A stretch of 39,161 nucleotides of DNA from a virus (IMGVR_UViG_3300007988_000038:1-39161), one strand, 5' to 3'. Counted from the first letter of the stretch, positions 26,101 through 35,817 are shown. Notes: a model not told the origin generated them from the letters alone. Program-made: numbers and translations.

Positions 26101-26489
26101 TCCGTCTGCTCCAAGCGCTCCTGCGTGAGGCCATAACGCGACAACGGCGGCATCCCGGCTTTTCCAGCAAGGAAGTCACGGGCCTGTCGATGGCTGTCGG
26201 GCATGGGACCGGATTGCCCGGCGGTAACCGTGCCCGATTGAACAAACTCGACCAGCTGCAGGACATCTCCGCCCACACCGCAGCCGAAGCAATACCAGCC
26301 CTGTTTGTCGAGCATCACATGAAGTGAGCGATGGGACTGACTCTGATGGTGCGGGCAATCACATTGGAGCCGCTGCCGGGATTCCTGCGTGATTCTTCCG
26401 GCCAGAAGATCCCTTGCCACATCACCGATATCGAGCTCGGTTATCAGGCGGTAGTATTCTCTGACATTATCTGAACCGCCCATACTCAT
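23187..26489 (-). CDS. DnaG-type primase (CHC2 zinc finger, TOPRIM) fused to P-loop helicase-like domain
   Basis: CPHH...WYCFGC; ITEGVTD and CQDNE TOPRIM motifs; GSAGSGKTT and IVLDNIE; ATGA overlap with recD2. Confidence 0.88.
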   Translation of the reverse strand: MSMGGSDNVREYYRLITELDIGDVARDLLAGRITQESRQRLQCDCPHHQSQSHRSLHVMLDKQGWYCFGCGVGGDVLQLVEFVQSGTVTAGQSGPMPDSHRQARDFLAGKAGMPPLSRYGLTQERLEQTENDRSFEIRVKDALTELARYYHQRLKANQEALTWLKEKYAISDETIDDLLIGFADNESGVIAALRSGNNGFSKRELSATGAFRPTSQDGLNPFFEKRIIFPYWSRGRVVFMIGRKTPWTPDANWEQGKYKKLPVHDEHQRPYIARFINNAVLFNEDCLLGKPDQIIITEGVTDCIALMQQDFTALSPVTVRIRAADWERLVPKMRGLKTVYICQDNEISEAGLKGALQTARTLAEHKIDTKLVTIPLNEPQQQARHELQERFNLTAAVGPRELAKLLEGHSAEEIRDAETLLANAKIDVNDFFASGNGKAEFQELLSAAFTPVEFGIQSLPEDAPEEERNRQLEPVLAEISAHSPLEQSRLLKLVQERLGKSVPMATLKEQVRSVQQNRRDNAKKEKKKAKRLSGSPPGSCRGRVDEVLIDTEIENGAPDYTAAAEAAYDWFSANGAQFFYTQTGEPFMYFDNSIYWMDSPDRGRKRQYAAMLYKHTGMVPTSNGGRTFFEVLPSLAMIRGQVRDHFSWLHTDISNYTVYFNLNNQDHEIARITPDGIEILKNGGNADGIILDGSRKMKPLKFLKDASPEEADKLLVDFLINNMTCSQGDRFLILSWLTCFLLIDFSGTRPMTRFEGSAGSGKTTASKIISALLYGEPQHKKATDAANYTDGSQNPLIVLDNIEVRQMSEELTTFMLTSITGIAKEKRKSGTDSETVTERTKCLLNTTGIEPLCGELSEIQSRSFVVNFDIDNQGNDCFIESDVIAAIQRNRDLIISALMKRTSEVLAMMKDGMRTQAMKLLHEALGNHDKRRCNEYLSLMYLMLLAGSSQDQIEQGMSTLAPAFKQQIQTINQTSRETARDSNHTATALSTLFKAWRTAVEADRKDMYNDRRVDHIQEFVARYQVQPEEDGCLKEVLSRELFVALKRVARDFGLRFEMDSSRQFAQRFANDLETIRGAGFDVVISQKRYGTKLYTIQSVE

Positions 26490-28708
26490 TGTGCCCCCGC
26501 GCAAGCTGACTGCTCTTCAGGACAATTCACATTGTTCAATAAAATGGAGAGGAACGTCTTGCGATCATCCACCTGACATTTCTTGGCGCAATTGCGGATA
26601 CCCCATCGGTCGCCCAGCACAATCGCTGTCTTGCGGGCACGGGTCACGCCGGTGTACAGCAGATTACGATGATGCATAAAGGAATGAGCCTTATGGACCA
26701 CCACAACAGCGCAGGGAAATTCCGATCCCTGCGTTTTGTGGATCGTCAGCGCATAGGCCAGCTGGATATCCTGAAGGTTCGGCGAACCTTTTTCAATCTC
26801 AACCGCCACACCCTCAAAATCAATCAGAAGCGTGCCGTTGGGCAGCACATCGACCACATGACCGATGCCACCGTTCATGACGTTCAGGTCATAGTTGTTG
26901 CGGGTCTGAATGACCTTGTCGTGTTTCAAAAATGGCGACCGACGGCCGGGTTGTGTTTCCGGAACACTCACATTCCAGAGACGCTTTTGGATAAGCCGCT
27001 GCAAATCTTCATTGAGTGATTTAGTTCCCAGCGACCCTTTGTGCGTCGGGGTCAACACCTGCACATCTTTGATCAGATCAAATCCAAGGGCATCGAGCCG
27101 CTTGTCAAAGAGGTCCAGCAGGAAGTTGCGGGCGGCACCCGGATCGGTGAACTGATCCGCCAGATACCAGTCCCGGCATCCCTGTGTGCTGGCCTCGCTG
27201 GTCTTTCTGACTTCTCCTTTGAGGATGGCGGTGCTGTTTTCCTTCAGCACACCAGCCTGCCTGACCACCTTGTCCAGAATGACAGTGGGAATGGCGTTCG
27301 AGTGAATCAGATCTCGAAGGATGTTTCCCGGTCCGACCGGCGGCAGCTGGTTGTGATCACCCACAATGACAATAGCCGTTCTGGCAAAGTCGACCGCATT
27401 GAAAAGGTGCCAAGCCAAGGGGACATCCACCATGGAAAATTCATCGATAATCAGAAAGTCGGCATCGATGGGATTATTGCTGTCACGTGAAAAGGACTTG
27501 CCATCATAGCCAAGCAAACGATGAATCGTGGTTCCGGTCCGACCGCTCACTTCCTCGAGTCGCTTGGCCGCTTTACCTGTCGGTGCGGATAGAACCACCT
27601 CCAGATCACATTCTTCACATACGGCATTGATGACCGATACGGTGTAACTCTTACCTGATCCGGCTCCACCAGATATCAGGCTGATGGAGTGCTGCAAAGA
27701 GCAGTGAACCGCTTCCAGCTGCTTTTCATTCAGGGTCTCCGCCTGGCGCAGAATCAGTTTCTGCAGGTTGTGGGCTGATTTGAAATGCGGATTCGGGGCA
27801 TCTGCCTTGGTGAAAATGGCTGCGATGTCCTGTTCCATTTTCAGGATATCGGAAAGCGCCACCAGAAAGCGTCCTCCATGTGATTCACAGGAGAGCAGTC
27901 TTTCGCTGATCAGATTGTCCAGCGACGATTCGATACGAATGCGGCTGTCCAGATTATCCATCACCAGCAGCAGGTTGGCCTGATCTACAAGATCCTCGTA
28001 TTCGACCCAGCAGTTTCCCTGATCCAGCGCCTCATGCATGCAATACTGAATACCGGCACGGATTCTTGGCGTGTGGTCTTTGGGCGTGCCCAGCTTGCGG
28101 GCAATCTTGTCGACTTTCTTGAAACCGAATCCCCGCAGTTCCCGAATGAGGATGTAGGGATCGGCTTTAAGAATCTCCAGGCAGCTCCCACCCAGTTTGT
28201 CGACCAGTGTGGTCACCTGATGATGGGTCAAACCAAAAGCGGAAAGCCAAGCCAGAACGGCATTGACACTGCGATTTTTGCACCATTCATCCTTCAAGCG
28301 TTTGGCGGCATCGAGGGAAATTCTGGCTTTTGATGCGATGAGCTCCGGTGATTCAATCAGAGTCTCCTCAAATGAATCACCGAACTCTTCGACTATAAGG
28401 CGGGCTTTGGCTGGACCAATCCCTTTGATGTCCGGGTGATTGGCCAGATAATGAATCAATCCTTCCGGGTTCAGATCAAGATCGTGCTCCATAGCATTGA
28501 CCTTGAACTGACGACCGTATTTCGGATGGGTGGCCCACGTCCCCACAAGGACCACGGGCTGGTTTTCGCGGGCAAACAGGTTTCCGGCAAACTGTATCTC
28601 ATCACCGGTGGAGGTGAGTAAACGGCCTGCGGAAAACTTTGGCCCGGCATAATAAACTTTCTCTATTCTTCCCCGGAGTTTTGCCGGGGAGTTTGATTTT
28701 CTTGGCAT
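26486..28708 (-). CDS. recD2: RecD2-like SF1B helicase
   Basis: HhH IKGIGPAKA; GGAGSGKS, APTGKAA, IIDEFSM, GDHNQLPPVG, YALTIHKTQGSEF, LLYTGVTRA. Confidence 0.93.
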   Translation of the reverse strand: MPRKSNSPAKLRGRIEKVYYAGPKFSAGRLLTSTGDEIQFAGNLFARENQPVVLVGTWATHPKYGRQFKVNAMEHDLDLNPEGLIHYLANHPDIKGIGPAKARLIVEEFGDSFEETLIESPELIASKARISLDAAKRLKDEWCKNRSVNAVLAWLSAFGLTHHQVTTLVDKLGGSCLEILKADPYILIRELRGFGFKKVDKIARKLGTPKDHTPRIRAGIQYCMHEALDQGNCWVEYEDLVDQANLLLVMDNLDSRIRIESSLDNLISERLLSCESHGGRFLVALSDILKMEQDIAAIFTKADAPNPHFKSAHNLQKLILRQAETLNEKQLEAVHCSLQHSISLISGGAGSGKSYTVSVINAVCEECDLEVVLSAPTGKAAKRLEEVSGRTGTTIHRLLGYDGKSFSRDSNNPIDADFLIIDEFSMVDVPLAWHLFNAVDFARTAIVIVGDHNQLPPVGPGNILRDLIHSNAIPTVILDKVVRQAGVLKENSTAILKGEVRKTSEASTQGCRDWYLADQFTDPGAARNFLLDLFDKRLDALGFDLIKDVQVLTPTHKGSLGTKSLNEDLQRLIQKRLWNVSVPETQPGRRSPFLKHDKVIQTRNNYDLNVMNGGIGHVVDVLPNGTLLIDFEGVAVEIEKGSPNLQDIQLAYALTIHKTQGSEFPCAVVVVHKAHSFMHHRNLLYTGVTRARKTAIVLGDRWGIRNCAKKCQVDDRKTFLSILLNNVNCPEEQSACAGAQ

Positions 28709-29145
28709 TGAGCGAACCTCCGGTGAAAGCGCATTAAAAACTCTTCAACAAACCGGCAGGCTGCCTGACGGTCTGAACAGAAATAAACGGGCACACCGAA
28801 GTCAATGATGATGGAGGCAATGGTTCCTATGAGGGCGTTTGGATGGGCGTCGCTTTGGTAGCAAGCACCGAGAACATCCCGGTAATTGGCTTCAACAACG
28901 ACACAGGCCGCGTCATAATGCCGGAGCTTTTCCAGCTCCTTGTGAAAACGCTTTCGGCCTCGGATGACAGTGGAGACAAAATCCGCCATGGACTTCCTTT
29001 CCACCGCCACCCGGGTCTCGAATCCCTCGATGGAGTAATCTCCTGCCGGGAGGGCCTTACGGATTGATGCGACAGCTTCCGAGTCAAATCCGTAAGGCTC
29101 CTGTTCCCGGGTATCAACGACAACGGTAACCATGCCCATCCTCAA
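28663..29145 (-). CDS. ERCC4/XPF-domain nuclease
   Basis: VVDTREQ...LPAGDYS...VERKS motif. Confidence 0.88.
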   Translation of the reverse strand: MRMGMVTVVVDTREQEPYGFDSEAVASIRKALPAGDYSIEGFETRVAVERKSMADFVSTVIRGRKRFHKELEKLRHYDAACVVVEANYRDVLGACYQSDAHPNALIGTIASIIIDFGVPVYFCSDRQAACRFVEEFLMRFHRRFAQCQENQTPRQNSGEE

Positions 29146-29615
29146 AACGGAATCATGTCGTCTACATCGTGACCGGCCGACGGTGCTGCGGCATCTTCAT
29201 CCGAAAGCACAATCCGGCGGTTGAAGTAGATGTTCTCGAATTCGTTTTTCGTGCGCTTGGTCACCTCGAGCCCGACATCCAGAAGGGTTTCCAGTTTGCC
29301 CGGGAGGTCAGAAAGTTTGTCCATCTGAAGGCCGCAGGTATAGAGATCCTGCTTGAGCCATTTCACATTGTCCTTGCTGGCAATGACGTTGTTGCGCCAA
29401 AGCAGCCGACCTTTGTGTGTGGGTCCCAGAATCTTCAGCGCCCACTTGAGCATGGGGTTGCCGGAAGTTTCCGAGCGGGTCAGCTCCACGCGATCGACCT
29501 TGACCTGATACTTCCCGTCGGGAACAGCCTCAAAGTCCTTTTCTTCAACATCTGCAGTGACAAAATCATCGTCGAACTGCGCCAGATCCATGGTGTCGTC
29601 GTTATTCCAACTCAT
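29142..29615 (-). CDS. DUF669-like ssDNA-binding protein
   Basis: FEAVPDGKYQVKV...SGNPML; acidic tail DDMIPF. Confidence 0.8.
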   Translation of the reverse strand: MSWNNDDTMDLAQFDDDFVTADVEEKDFEAVPDGKYQVKVDRVELTRSETSGNPMLKWALKILGPTHKGRLLWRNNVIASKDNVKWLKQDLYTCGLQMDKLSDLPGKLETLLDVGLEVTKRTKNEFENIYFNRRIVLSDEDAAAPSAGHDVDDMIPF

Positions 29616-29620
29616 AGTTA

Positions 29621-30391
29621 TTACTCCTTGTTTTGTGGTTTAGCCGTTGTGGCAGGCTCCGACTTTGTCCGGGCGGCACTCACCGCAGAACCGGTAGCCG
29701 TTTGATTGAAAGCTTTCAGAAAGGTCGGGAAATCCAGAGGGATCATCTCCGGAAGTCGGCCGGTTCGGTCTCCGGCGTCATAATTGGGGCTGGGCTTGGT
29801 GCGCATAACCCGCTGATACGTGGGCTTGCCGTCATCACCTGTTTTCATGTCCAGATCGCAGAACAGAATCAGGTCCACCAGACCTGTGACCAGCTTGCGT
29901 GCCTTATCCGGCAGAGTCGGCACGATGCGCGTGTGTTTTCCGGTACGTGTTTCGATGTCACGTTCGTGGGAATGGGAAATGAGGATCAGTCCGTAAGGCA
30001 GAAACGCCAGTTTGTTGAGAACACGCTGAAACTCATTGTTGATGAGGGCATAGCCTTTGCCGTAGCCAAGGTCGGACTCATGCTCAATCTTGAACTTCTT
30101 GCAGACATAATCCGCACACATGCGATAGGCGTTATCCACCGTATCGATGACAATGGTCTTGAAGTCGTGTTTGCCATCCGCAATCTCGGCGCACGCCTGC
30201 AGAAGGTCGTCCCAGCAGGTAATGGGCGCTTCGAACACTTCGAGGGCGTTCAGGCCCGGTTCCGTGGCGAGAAACAGGGCGTTCTCCGCATGGGAGCACC
30301 AAGTGCTTTTGCCAATTTTGCTCGGACCGTAAACCAGTGCGGTCAGGTCGTTCAGGGTTGCTTTCGGTTTGGTTTTGCTTTTTGGAAGCAT
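29621..30391 (-). CDS. AAA_24 (Sak4-like) ATPase / recombination protein
   Basis: VYGPSKIGKST, TIVIDTVD, GYGKGY, LISHS. Confidence 0.85.
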   Translation of the reverse strand: MLPKSKTKPKATLNDLTALVYGPSKIGKSTWCSHAENALFLATEPGLNALEVFEAPITCWDDLLQACAEIADGKHDFKTIVIDTVDNAYRMCADYVCKKFKIEHESDLGYGKGYALINNEFQRVLNKLAFLPYGLILISHSHERDIETRTGKHTRIVPTLPDKARKLVTGLVDLILFCDLDMKTGDDGKPTYQRVMRTKPSPNYDAGDRTGRLPEMIPLDFPTFLKAFNQTATGSAVSAARTKSEPATTAKPQNKE

Positions 30392-30416
30392 GATTTATCT
30401 CCTTGTATGGTTTGGG

Positions 30417-31433
30417 TTAAAAAACAGGGGCAGCGTCTTCACTTGCTCCATCCCGCAGCTCTTCGTGCGGTAGCACCCGTTGGTAATGGTTTTCAATGAC
30501 GTTGGGGTTCTCACCGCTTCGGCACAGCGGAAAGTAGGGACAGGCGCGTCCATACTGAAAACAGAAGGCCGTATTGCGGTAGAAAATGTTGCGGCGACGG
30601 GCATCCAGCATTGCTTTGGAAAGCTCCCAAAGCTCACTGCGGAGCTCGTCGAACTGGTCGCGGGAGATGTAGAGCAGTTCCCGGTGAAACATGCCCGGCT
30701 CGAGATATTTCTCTTTAAGGCGTTGCTGAAAGGATTCATCCGTCTCAGGCATCTTGCGCTTGGCACTGCTCTTGCCGGTTTTGGATTTTGCAATCAACTC
30801 GGCACGGCGGGTTTCAAATTCAGCTTCAGTTTCACCTTTGCTCTGGCGCAGTTTGGCCTTGACCAGCACGTTGTAGATGATGCCGGAGATACGGATGCCG
30901 AGGGTCTGTTCCAGATACCACGCATAAATGATGATCTGAAAATCAGTCCAAAGGCGCTCCAGATAACCGGCATCGATTTGTGAGGCGGTCTTATGTTCCA
31001 GAAGGAAATACTGCCCATCCTTCTTGACCAGGCCGTCCACCTTGCCAGCCAGCACGAAGCTTCTGGAAGCCGCATTGGTATCCGGGTTGATGATGGGGCC
31101 TTCAAAGGTCTTCTCCAGAGCGACCACATCAAAGTCCTCGACCGGATAATGCTCCACGTATGAACTCATCATTGCGGTGGCGAGATGCCAGTCGGCAAGC
31201 TGGTGATCATCCTGTGCCCGGTTGGCATAGACCTGATCGATGTGTTCGAGAACTTTTTCGAGGTCCCGCTGGCCATGCCAGATTTCAAGGCAGTCGTGAA
31301 TGACCGATCCGAAAGCCAGGTTGTGATCCCGCTCCAGAGGAGCAAGGTCCCTCAGGTAGCGGTATTCACAAGCCTTGCGGCAGTTGCGGAAGAGCCGCCA
31401 CATGGAATAAGTGGTGGTCATCATTTCGCTCAT
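30417..31433 (-). CDS. PD-(D/E)XK exonuclease (RecB/Cas4-like family)
   Basis: FGSVIHDCLE, GKVDGL..LLEHKT, Q..IY; one N-terminal plus three C-terminal Cys. Confidence 0.85.
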   Translation of the reverse strand: MSEMMTTTYSMWRLFRNCRKACEYRYLRDLAPLERDHNLAFGSVIHDCLEIWHGQRDLEKVLEHIDQVYANRAQDDHQLADWHLATAMMSSYVEHYPVEDFDVVALEKTFEGPIINPDTNAASRSFVLAGKVDGLVKKDGQYFLLEHKTASQIDAGYLERLWTDFQIIIYAWYLEQTLGIRISGIIYNVLVKAKLRQSKGETEAEFETRRAELIAKSKTGKSSAKRKMPETDESFQQRLKEKYLEPGMFHRELLYISRDQFDELRSELWELSKAMLDARRRNIFYRNTAFCFQYGRACPYFPLCRSGENPNVIENHYQRVLPHEELRDGASEDAAPVF

Positions 31434-31750
31434 ACCGTCACCTCCATTGCTGAAGGCGCTTTTGCATTACAGGCACATCCGCCACCGGCAGGTTCACGGT
31501 CGATCATTACTGCACGCTCGCCGTATTCCTTGGTGGCGAAGCCGGTAAAAATGCTCGCCAGATCACAGCCGACCTTGGTCGCTGCATCGATAAAGCAGGT
31601 GCGATTCTGTTTATCCAGATTGAAGCGGGATTCCATCCTCACTCTGGAGTGTCCATAGATGCTTTCCACAGCCAGCAACGCCAGCATGAAAGTGTCTTCC
31701 AAGTCCTGAGCCGGGACCGACTGATCAAAGCGATACTTGTAAGTTTCCAT
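31430..31750 (-). CDS. Hypothetical protein
   Basis: 106 aa; CAGGAG RBS; first gene of the replication block. Confidence 0.7.
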   Translation of the reverse strand: METYKYRFDQSVPAQDLEDTFMLALLAVESIYGHSRVRMESRFNLDKQNRTCFIDAATKVGCDLASIFTGFATKEYGERAVMIDREPAGGGCACNAKAPSAMEVTV

Positions 31751-31823
31751 TATTAATCTCCTGTTGTTTCTCAGGTTTTCTGTTTACAGAGGCCCCGGTT
31801 GTCCGCTTCATGCGGCACGATGC

Positions 31824-31854
31824 TTACTTACCGGAACCCCGGGCGATGCGTCGG
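31824..31854 (-). promoter_or_regulatory. Motif copy 6 (upstream of replication genes, right after the sigma gene)
   Basis: + strand TTACTTACCGG aaccccgggcgatgc GTCGG. Confidence 0.75.
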
Positions 31855-31858
31855 TCGA

Positions 31859-32443
31859 TCAGAGGTATTCTTCCAATCCGCCGTCCCGGAATGCGTCCCT
31901 CAGCTTGGTCAATTGTCCGTAGAGGGTGCTGCGCGGAACGCCCATCTCCCTTGCGATTTCAGCCATGTTGCTCGATTGCAGTTTTTCGCAGAGCTCCTGC
32001 AGATCTACAGGTAGTGCGGCAATGACCCGCTCGACATCGAAGCGGATATCGTTTTGCCGTTGCTCGATGGTTTCCTTGCCGTGGTGTCCCATCTGTCCCT
32101 CACTGGAAACCTGCTCGATGCGCTCTGCCGAATCATTGTCACCGCCCGGAATGGGGTCGTTGAGAGTGTTGAAGCATTTGCGCCAGTCTCTGCATTGAGC
32201 GAAGCGAGCTTCAAGAATGGTTGAAATCCGCCGCTCCACGATGCGAGTCATGAAGGTTGTTTTCTTCCCCTTGGCAGGGTTGAAGTGCTTCATTCTGCCC
32301 AACAGGTCGACCATCAGTTCCTGCTCAAGATCCTGCCGATCGTCTTCTGTCAGTCCGGCTTTACCCACCAGTTGTCTTGCCTTGTGCCGAATAAGGTCTG
32401 CGGCATAACCATCGATGCCATCATAGGAATTTCGATAAAACAT
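31859..32443 (-). CDS. Phage-encoded sigma-70 family (ECF-like) factor
   Basis: Region 2-like DRQDLEQEL...FNPAKGKKTTF; region 4 HTH LP...MAEIAREMGVPRSTLY. Confidence 0.82.
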   Translation of the reverse strand: MFYRNSYDGIDGYAADLIRHKARQLVGKAGLTEDDRQDLEQELMVDLLGRMKHFNPAKGKKTTFMTRIVERRISTILEARFAQCRDWRKCFNTLNDPIPGGDNDSAERIEQVSSEGQMGHHGKETIEQRQNDIRFDVERVIAALPVDLQELCEKLQSSNMAEIAREMGVPRSTLYGQLTKLRDAFRDGGLEEYL

Positions 32444-32658
32444 TTGGTCCTCCTCGGAGCGAGGAGGAGCACCGCGTGGGTGTCGGCACGGGCCAGAAAC
32501 AGAGGACGGAGCTGATTCAACAAGCGGAGTGTCGCAGGTTCGCCTTTTCTGCCACCTGCCGTGCTGTTAAACACACGGTCAGGTTTGGCTCGGCGACACC
32601 CACAACAGCCTCCGCCTTGCGTCCAGCTTGTTGTCGAAGTGTCTAAAATTTCAGTTTG

Positions 32659-32985
32659 TTATGCTGCCCGTTCCTCGATGCGGATCAGAAATGGCAGCCC
32701 ATGCTTGATTTCAAGATGACGGATGATTCCATCGCCCATGCCGGTAAGGTGTTCGAGTAGAGCGAGCACCTCCTGCTTCAGGGTGAAGTCATCCTTTTCC
32801 AGCTCCGGGCGGGTACCGTTCTGGCCGCCCAGTTTGATTTCACGCTCGATAATTGTGTCTGCGGTGAGTTCGGGATTGCCGCCAACAACTGGAATGTTGG
32901 AAATGCGCCCGAAGTTGATTTGCTGCATCAGCTCGATGAGCTTTTGCTGCTGTCCGTTTAGTGATGTCTTCTTTATCTGGTTCAT
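32659..32985 (-). CDS. Hypothetical protein
   Basis: 108 aa; AAGGAGG RBS. Confidence 0.72.
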   Translation of the reverse strand: MNQIKKTSLNGQQQKLIELMQQINFGRISNIPVVGGNPELTADTIIEREIKLGGQNGTRPELEKDDFTLKQEVLALLEHLTGMGDGIIRHLEIKHGLPFLIRIEERAA

Positions 32986-33093
32986 GCCGAACCTCCTTTG
33001 CTAAGGACCTCCCGGAAGACAGGTCCGGCATGCTTTATCCGGGTGAGGTCGTGAACGTTTTTGTGTTCACCAGACCTGTCACCCTTCTTTGGC

Positions 33094-33238
33094 GAAATTT
33101 CGTTGGACCACTGAAATTTCACTCGATATAGATGCGCTTGGATTGGCTAATGCGTTGAGTTTGAGGGGGATTTAATTGGATGAGACGGGAAATATTTTTT
33201 AACTTTTTTTGCCACCCCTCAGTGAAATTTCGTTGGAC
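33094..33238. repeat. Direct repeat GAAATTTCGTTGGAC (2 copies) plus a third GAAATTTC palindrome
   Basis: Copies at 33094-33108 and 33224-33238, GAAATTTC at 33113; intergenic, upstream of the sigma block. Confidence 0.55.
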
Positions 33239-33254
33239 TCACTCGTCAGGGCAT

Positions 33255-33280
33255 AAAAAAAGCCGACACGAAGGTCGGCT
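33255..33280 (-). terminator. Intrinsic terminator after serine recombinase operon
   Basis: Minus strand AGCCGAC-CTTCGT-GTCGGCT-TTTTTT. Confidence 0.75.
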
Positions 33281-33309
33281 GTTTGGGATGGTAGTTTATG
33301 GGATAGCGA

Positions 33310-33729
33310 TCAGCAGAATCCAAAGAACGTTCGCTGCTCACTCCAGTCGAGCGGGAATGTTTTCACCAGCTTTGACAGTGAGAGTCCGCTGGGCTCTTCA
33401 CCGTTAATGATGGCTTCGACAATGTCCGGGGCGAGAGTGGTCAGCTTCAGGGTTCTGGCCACGTAGGATGAATCCACATCGAGATCCCTTGCCAGTTCGC
33501 TGATAGACTTTATCTCGCCGCTCTCAAGGATGTCCGCCCATGAATAGGCTCTGGCCAGTGACTGAACGATGGCTGTTTGAACCGTTTCCGGCATCCCTTC
33601 ATTTTCACCGTCCAGCGTATCTGGAGTGAACACCATTTTCCGGCCGCGCATTCTTCGTATGAACATGGGGATATGGATGTGCAGATTCCCGCTGTCAGAG
33701 AGTTTGATAGTTGGTTTAATTTTTTTCAT
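33310..33729 (-). CDS. Serine-recombinase-associated HTH protein
   Basis: SISELARDLDVDSSYVARTLKLTTLAPDIVEAI..G...PLDWSEQ; coupled to the recombinase stop. Confidence 0.75.
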   Translation of the reverse strand: MKKIKPTIKLSDSGNLHIHIPMFIRRMRGRKMVFTPDTLDGENEGMPETVQTAIVQSLARAYSWADILESGEIKSISELARDLDVDSSYVARTLKLTTLAPDIVEAIINGEEPSGLSLSKLVKTFPLDWSEQRTFFGFC

Positions 33730-35312
33730 CAGCTGTTACCCCTTTCCCTGACTTCACAGGCCAGACCGGCCAGCTCGGTGACAAGATTTGTGAGGCCGTT
33801 TGTTTTCAGCTCCATATCGATTCCCGTTTCTCTGATCTCGATGGTTTCAACCAAAAGTTGGATCAGCCGGTTGCGCTCGAGCGGGAACAGGTCCTCCCAG
33901 AAGGTTTCCACGCTCTGGAATGCCTCGGATACATCACCCTCTGATATCAGCTCTGTATCGATGACCTTCAATCGGGCTGATACATTGGTGAGCTGCTTGG
34001 TCAAATCAACCGCCTGCTGATTGACCAAGGGCAGTCGACTGTTCCGGCCAGGATCATCATTGTCAGGCGACATAAGTTTCAATGCCTCCTGTCTCACATT
34101 CTGAAGCGACTGTTCGAGTTCTTTTTTCTGGGCCTGCAGGCGCTGCCGCTCTTCAGCCTCTATCTCTCTGGCGGCAAAGTAGGTTTTAGCCACCAAGGTC
34201 GGTGTTCTGAACACGGCACCGAGTTGCTCGAGCACCACGGACTCGATGTCTCCGGCTGGAACTCGCTTCAATGGACATCGGCTGACAGCACGTTTGGTGT
34301 CCTTTTCACATATATAATAGGAGTAGCGCCGGTCGCCTTTGTTGGTATAGGTGATGCCCATGGCGCTATCGCAGTGTCCGCATCGGATTACACCACTCAA
34401 AGGGGAGACCATTTTCACCCGGGCCTTGCTCATCTTGGTTCGATTGTTTTCAGATAGAAGGGCCTGAACCTTGTCCCATGTATTTTGGTCAACCAGCGCT
34501 TCATGTTCAGCCGGGTAGTTGTTCTCTTTGTAAGCAATCTCCCCGATATAGAGCCTGTTGTTGAGAAGGCGGTACACCTGAGCCGTATTCCATTCGGTTC
34601 CGACCCGTTCTTTTTTCTTCTTGGTGGTCCATGATTTGGTTTTGTATCCTTGCTCGTTGAGTTCCTGCGCCACCTTCTTGGCCGATCCCACCTGCGTGTA
34701 TCGCCTGAATATGAGTTTCACCAGCGGGGCCTCGCTCTGGTTGATCAGCAGTTTCTTGTTTTCACGGTCCACGTCATAACCGAGAACAGCAGGTCCGCCA
34801 CAATATTTTCCACGGCGTTTTGCGGCGGCAACCTTGTCCCGGATACGTTCACCGATGACCTCCCGTTCGTACTGGGCAAAGGTGATCAGGATTCCCAGAA
34901 ACATTCGGCCCGTCGAGTCTGTGGTACCGAAATGCTGGGTAACTGATACGAAGCTCACTTCCTTTTCGTTAAAGAGCTCGATCATCTTCATGAAATCCAG
35001 CAGTGAGCGGGACAGTCGATCGACTTTGTAAACGACGATGACATCGATCTTACCGTCATCGATATCAACCAACAGCCTTTGAAGTGCCGGACGTTCCATG
35101 CTCCCGCCGGAAAATCCGCCGTCATCGTATCGGTAAGGGATGGCTCTCCAGCCCCGAAGCTTCTGACTTTCAATGTAGGCTTCGGCCGCCTCTCTCTGTG
35201 CGTCGAGTGAATTGAATTCCTGCTCCAAGCCTTCCTCGTGACTTTTTCTGGTATAGATGGCGCACCGAAGCGTCTTGCATTGGCCATTCTGGGTATTGTT
35301 GTTATTAAGCAT
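33729..35312 (-). CDS. Large serine recombinase
   Basis: CAIYTRKS, SLDAQRE, DDGGFSGG..ERPALQ, YKVDRLSRS; recombinase domain; zinc ribbon CGHC...YYIC. Confidence 0.93.
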   Translation of the reverse strand: MLNNNNTQNGQCKTLRCAIYTRKSHEEGLEQEFNSLDAQREAAEAYIESQKLRGWRAIPYRYDDGGFSGGSMERPALQRLLVDIDDGKIDVIVVYKVDRLSRSLLDFMKMIELFNEKEVSFVSVTQHFGTTDSTGRMFLGILITFAQYEREVIGERIRDKVAAAKRRGKYCGGPAVLGYDVDRENKKLLINQSEAPLVKLIFRRYTQVGSAKKVAQELNEQGYKTKSWTTKKKKERVGTEWNTAQVYRLLNNRLYIGEIAYKENNYPAEHEALVDQNTWDKVQALLSENNRTKMSKARVKMVSPLSGVIRCGHCDSAMGITYTNKGDRRYSYYICEKDTKRAVSRCPLKRVPAGDIESVVLEQLGAVFRTPTLVAKTYFAAREIEAEERQRLQAQKKELEQSLQNVRQEALKLMSPDNDDPGRNSRLPLVNQQAVDLTKQLTNVSARLKVIDTELISEGDVSEAFQSVETFWEDLFPLERNRLIQLLVETIEIRETGIDMELKTNGLTNLVTELAGLACEVRERGNS

Positions 35313-35817
35313 TCGGACCACCTTCCTTTTTTCTATGACTGCTCTTCAGACCGAAAAAGATCTTTCCATTCCAACGGGTGCCGGTAATTTCCCTTGCTAT
35401 GGCGCTTAAGGATCTGAAAATGCGGCCGTCATACTCGAAGCCGTTTTCCCGGGCGATCACTTCATAGCGATGGTCGTTCCAGATCCGGACAAAGCGAGTG
35501 CCCGACAGGATAGCCTCCTGTGATTTCCGTTCCTCCGGGATCTTGCGGATTACGGTTGCAACCGGATCGGTTTCGGAAATTTTCTTTAGGTGTTTTTTTG
35601 CCTGCTCCGACAGACCTCCATAAAAGAGTTCCTGAATACGGTGCGCCAGCCGTTTCACCAGAAACTGCTTCTTGTACTGGGGTGGTTCGGTTCCATAAAG
35701 ATCCAGCCATTTCTCTTTGAGCTGATCAAGGCTCATACTCTGGAGCGTGGCCAATTGCCTCAACACCGAGGTCTTGGTCGGCTCCATGTTTTTGTTTTTC
35801 AAGTCATTCATTTTCAA
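35305..35817 (-). CDS. DUF2924 family protein
   Basis: LAHRIQELFYGGLS...GTRFVRIW...SLSAIAREITGTRWNG..FFGL. Confidence 0.88.
   Translation of the reverse strand: MKMNDLKNKNMEPTKTSVLRQLATLQSMSLDQLKEKWLDLYGTEPPQYKKQFLVKRLAHRIQELFYGGLSEQAKKHLKKISETDPVATVIRKIPEERKSQEAILSGTRFVRIWNDHRYEVIARENGFEYDGRIFRSLSAIAREITGTRWNGKIFFGLKSSHRKKEGGPNA

Noticed and set aside
30417-31433. cas4 / CRISPR system
   Set aside because: No cas1, cas2 or array; context (AAA_24, DUF669) is a standard phage recombination module.
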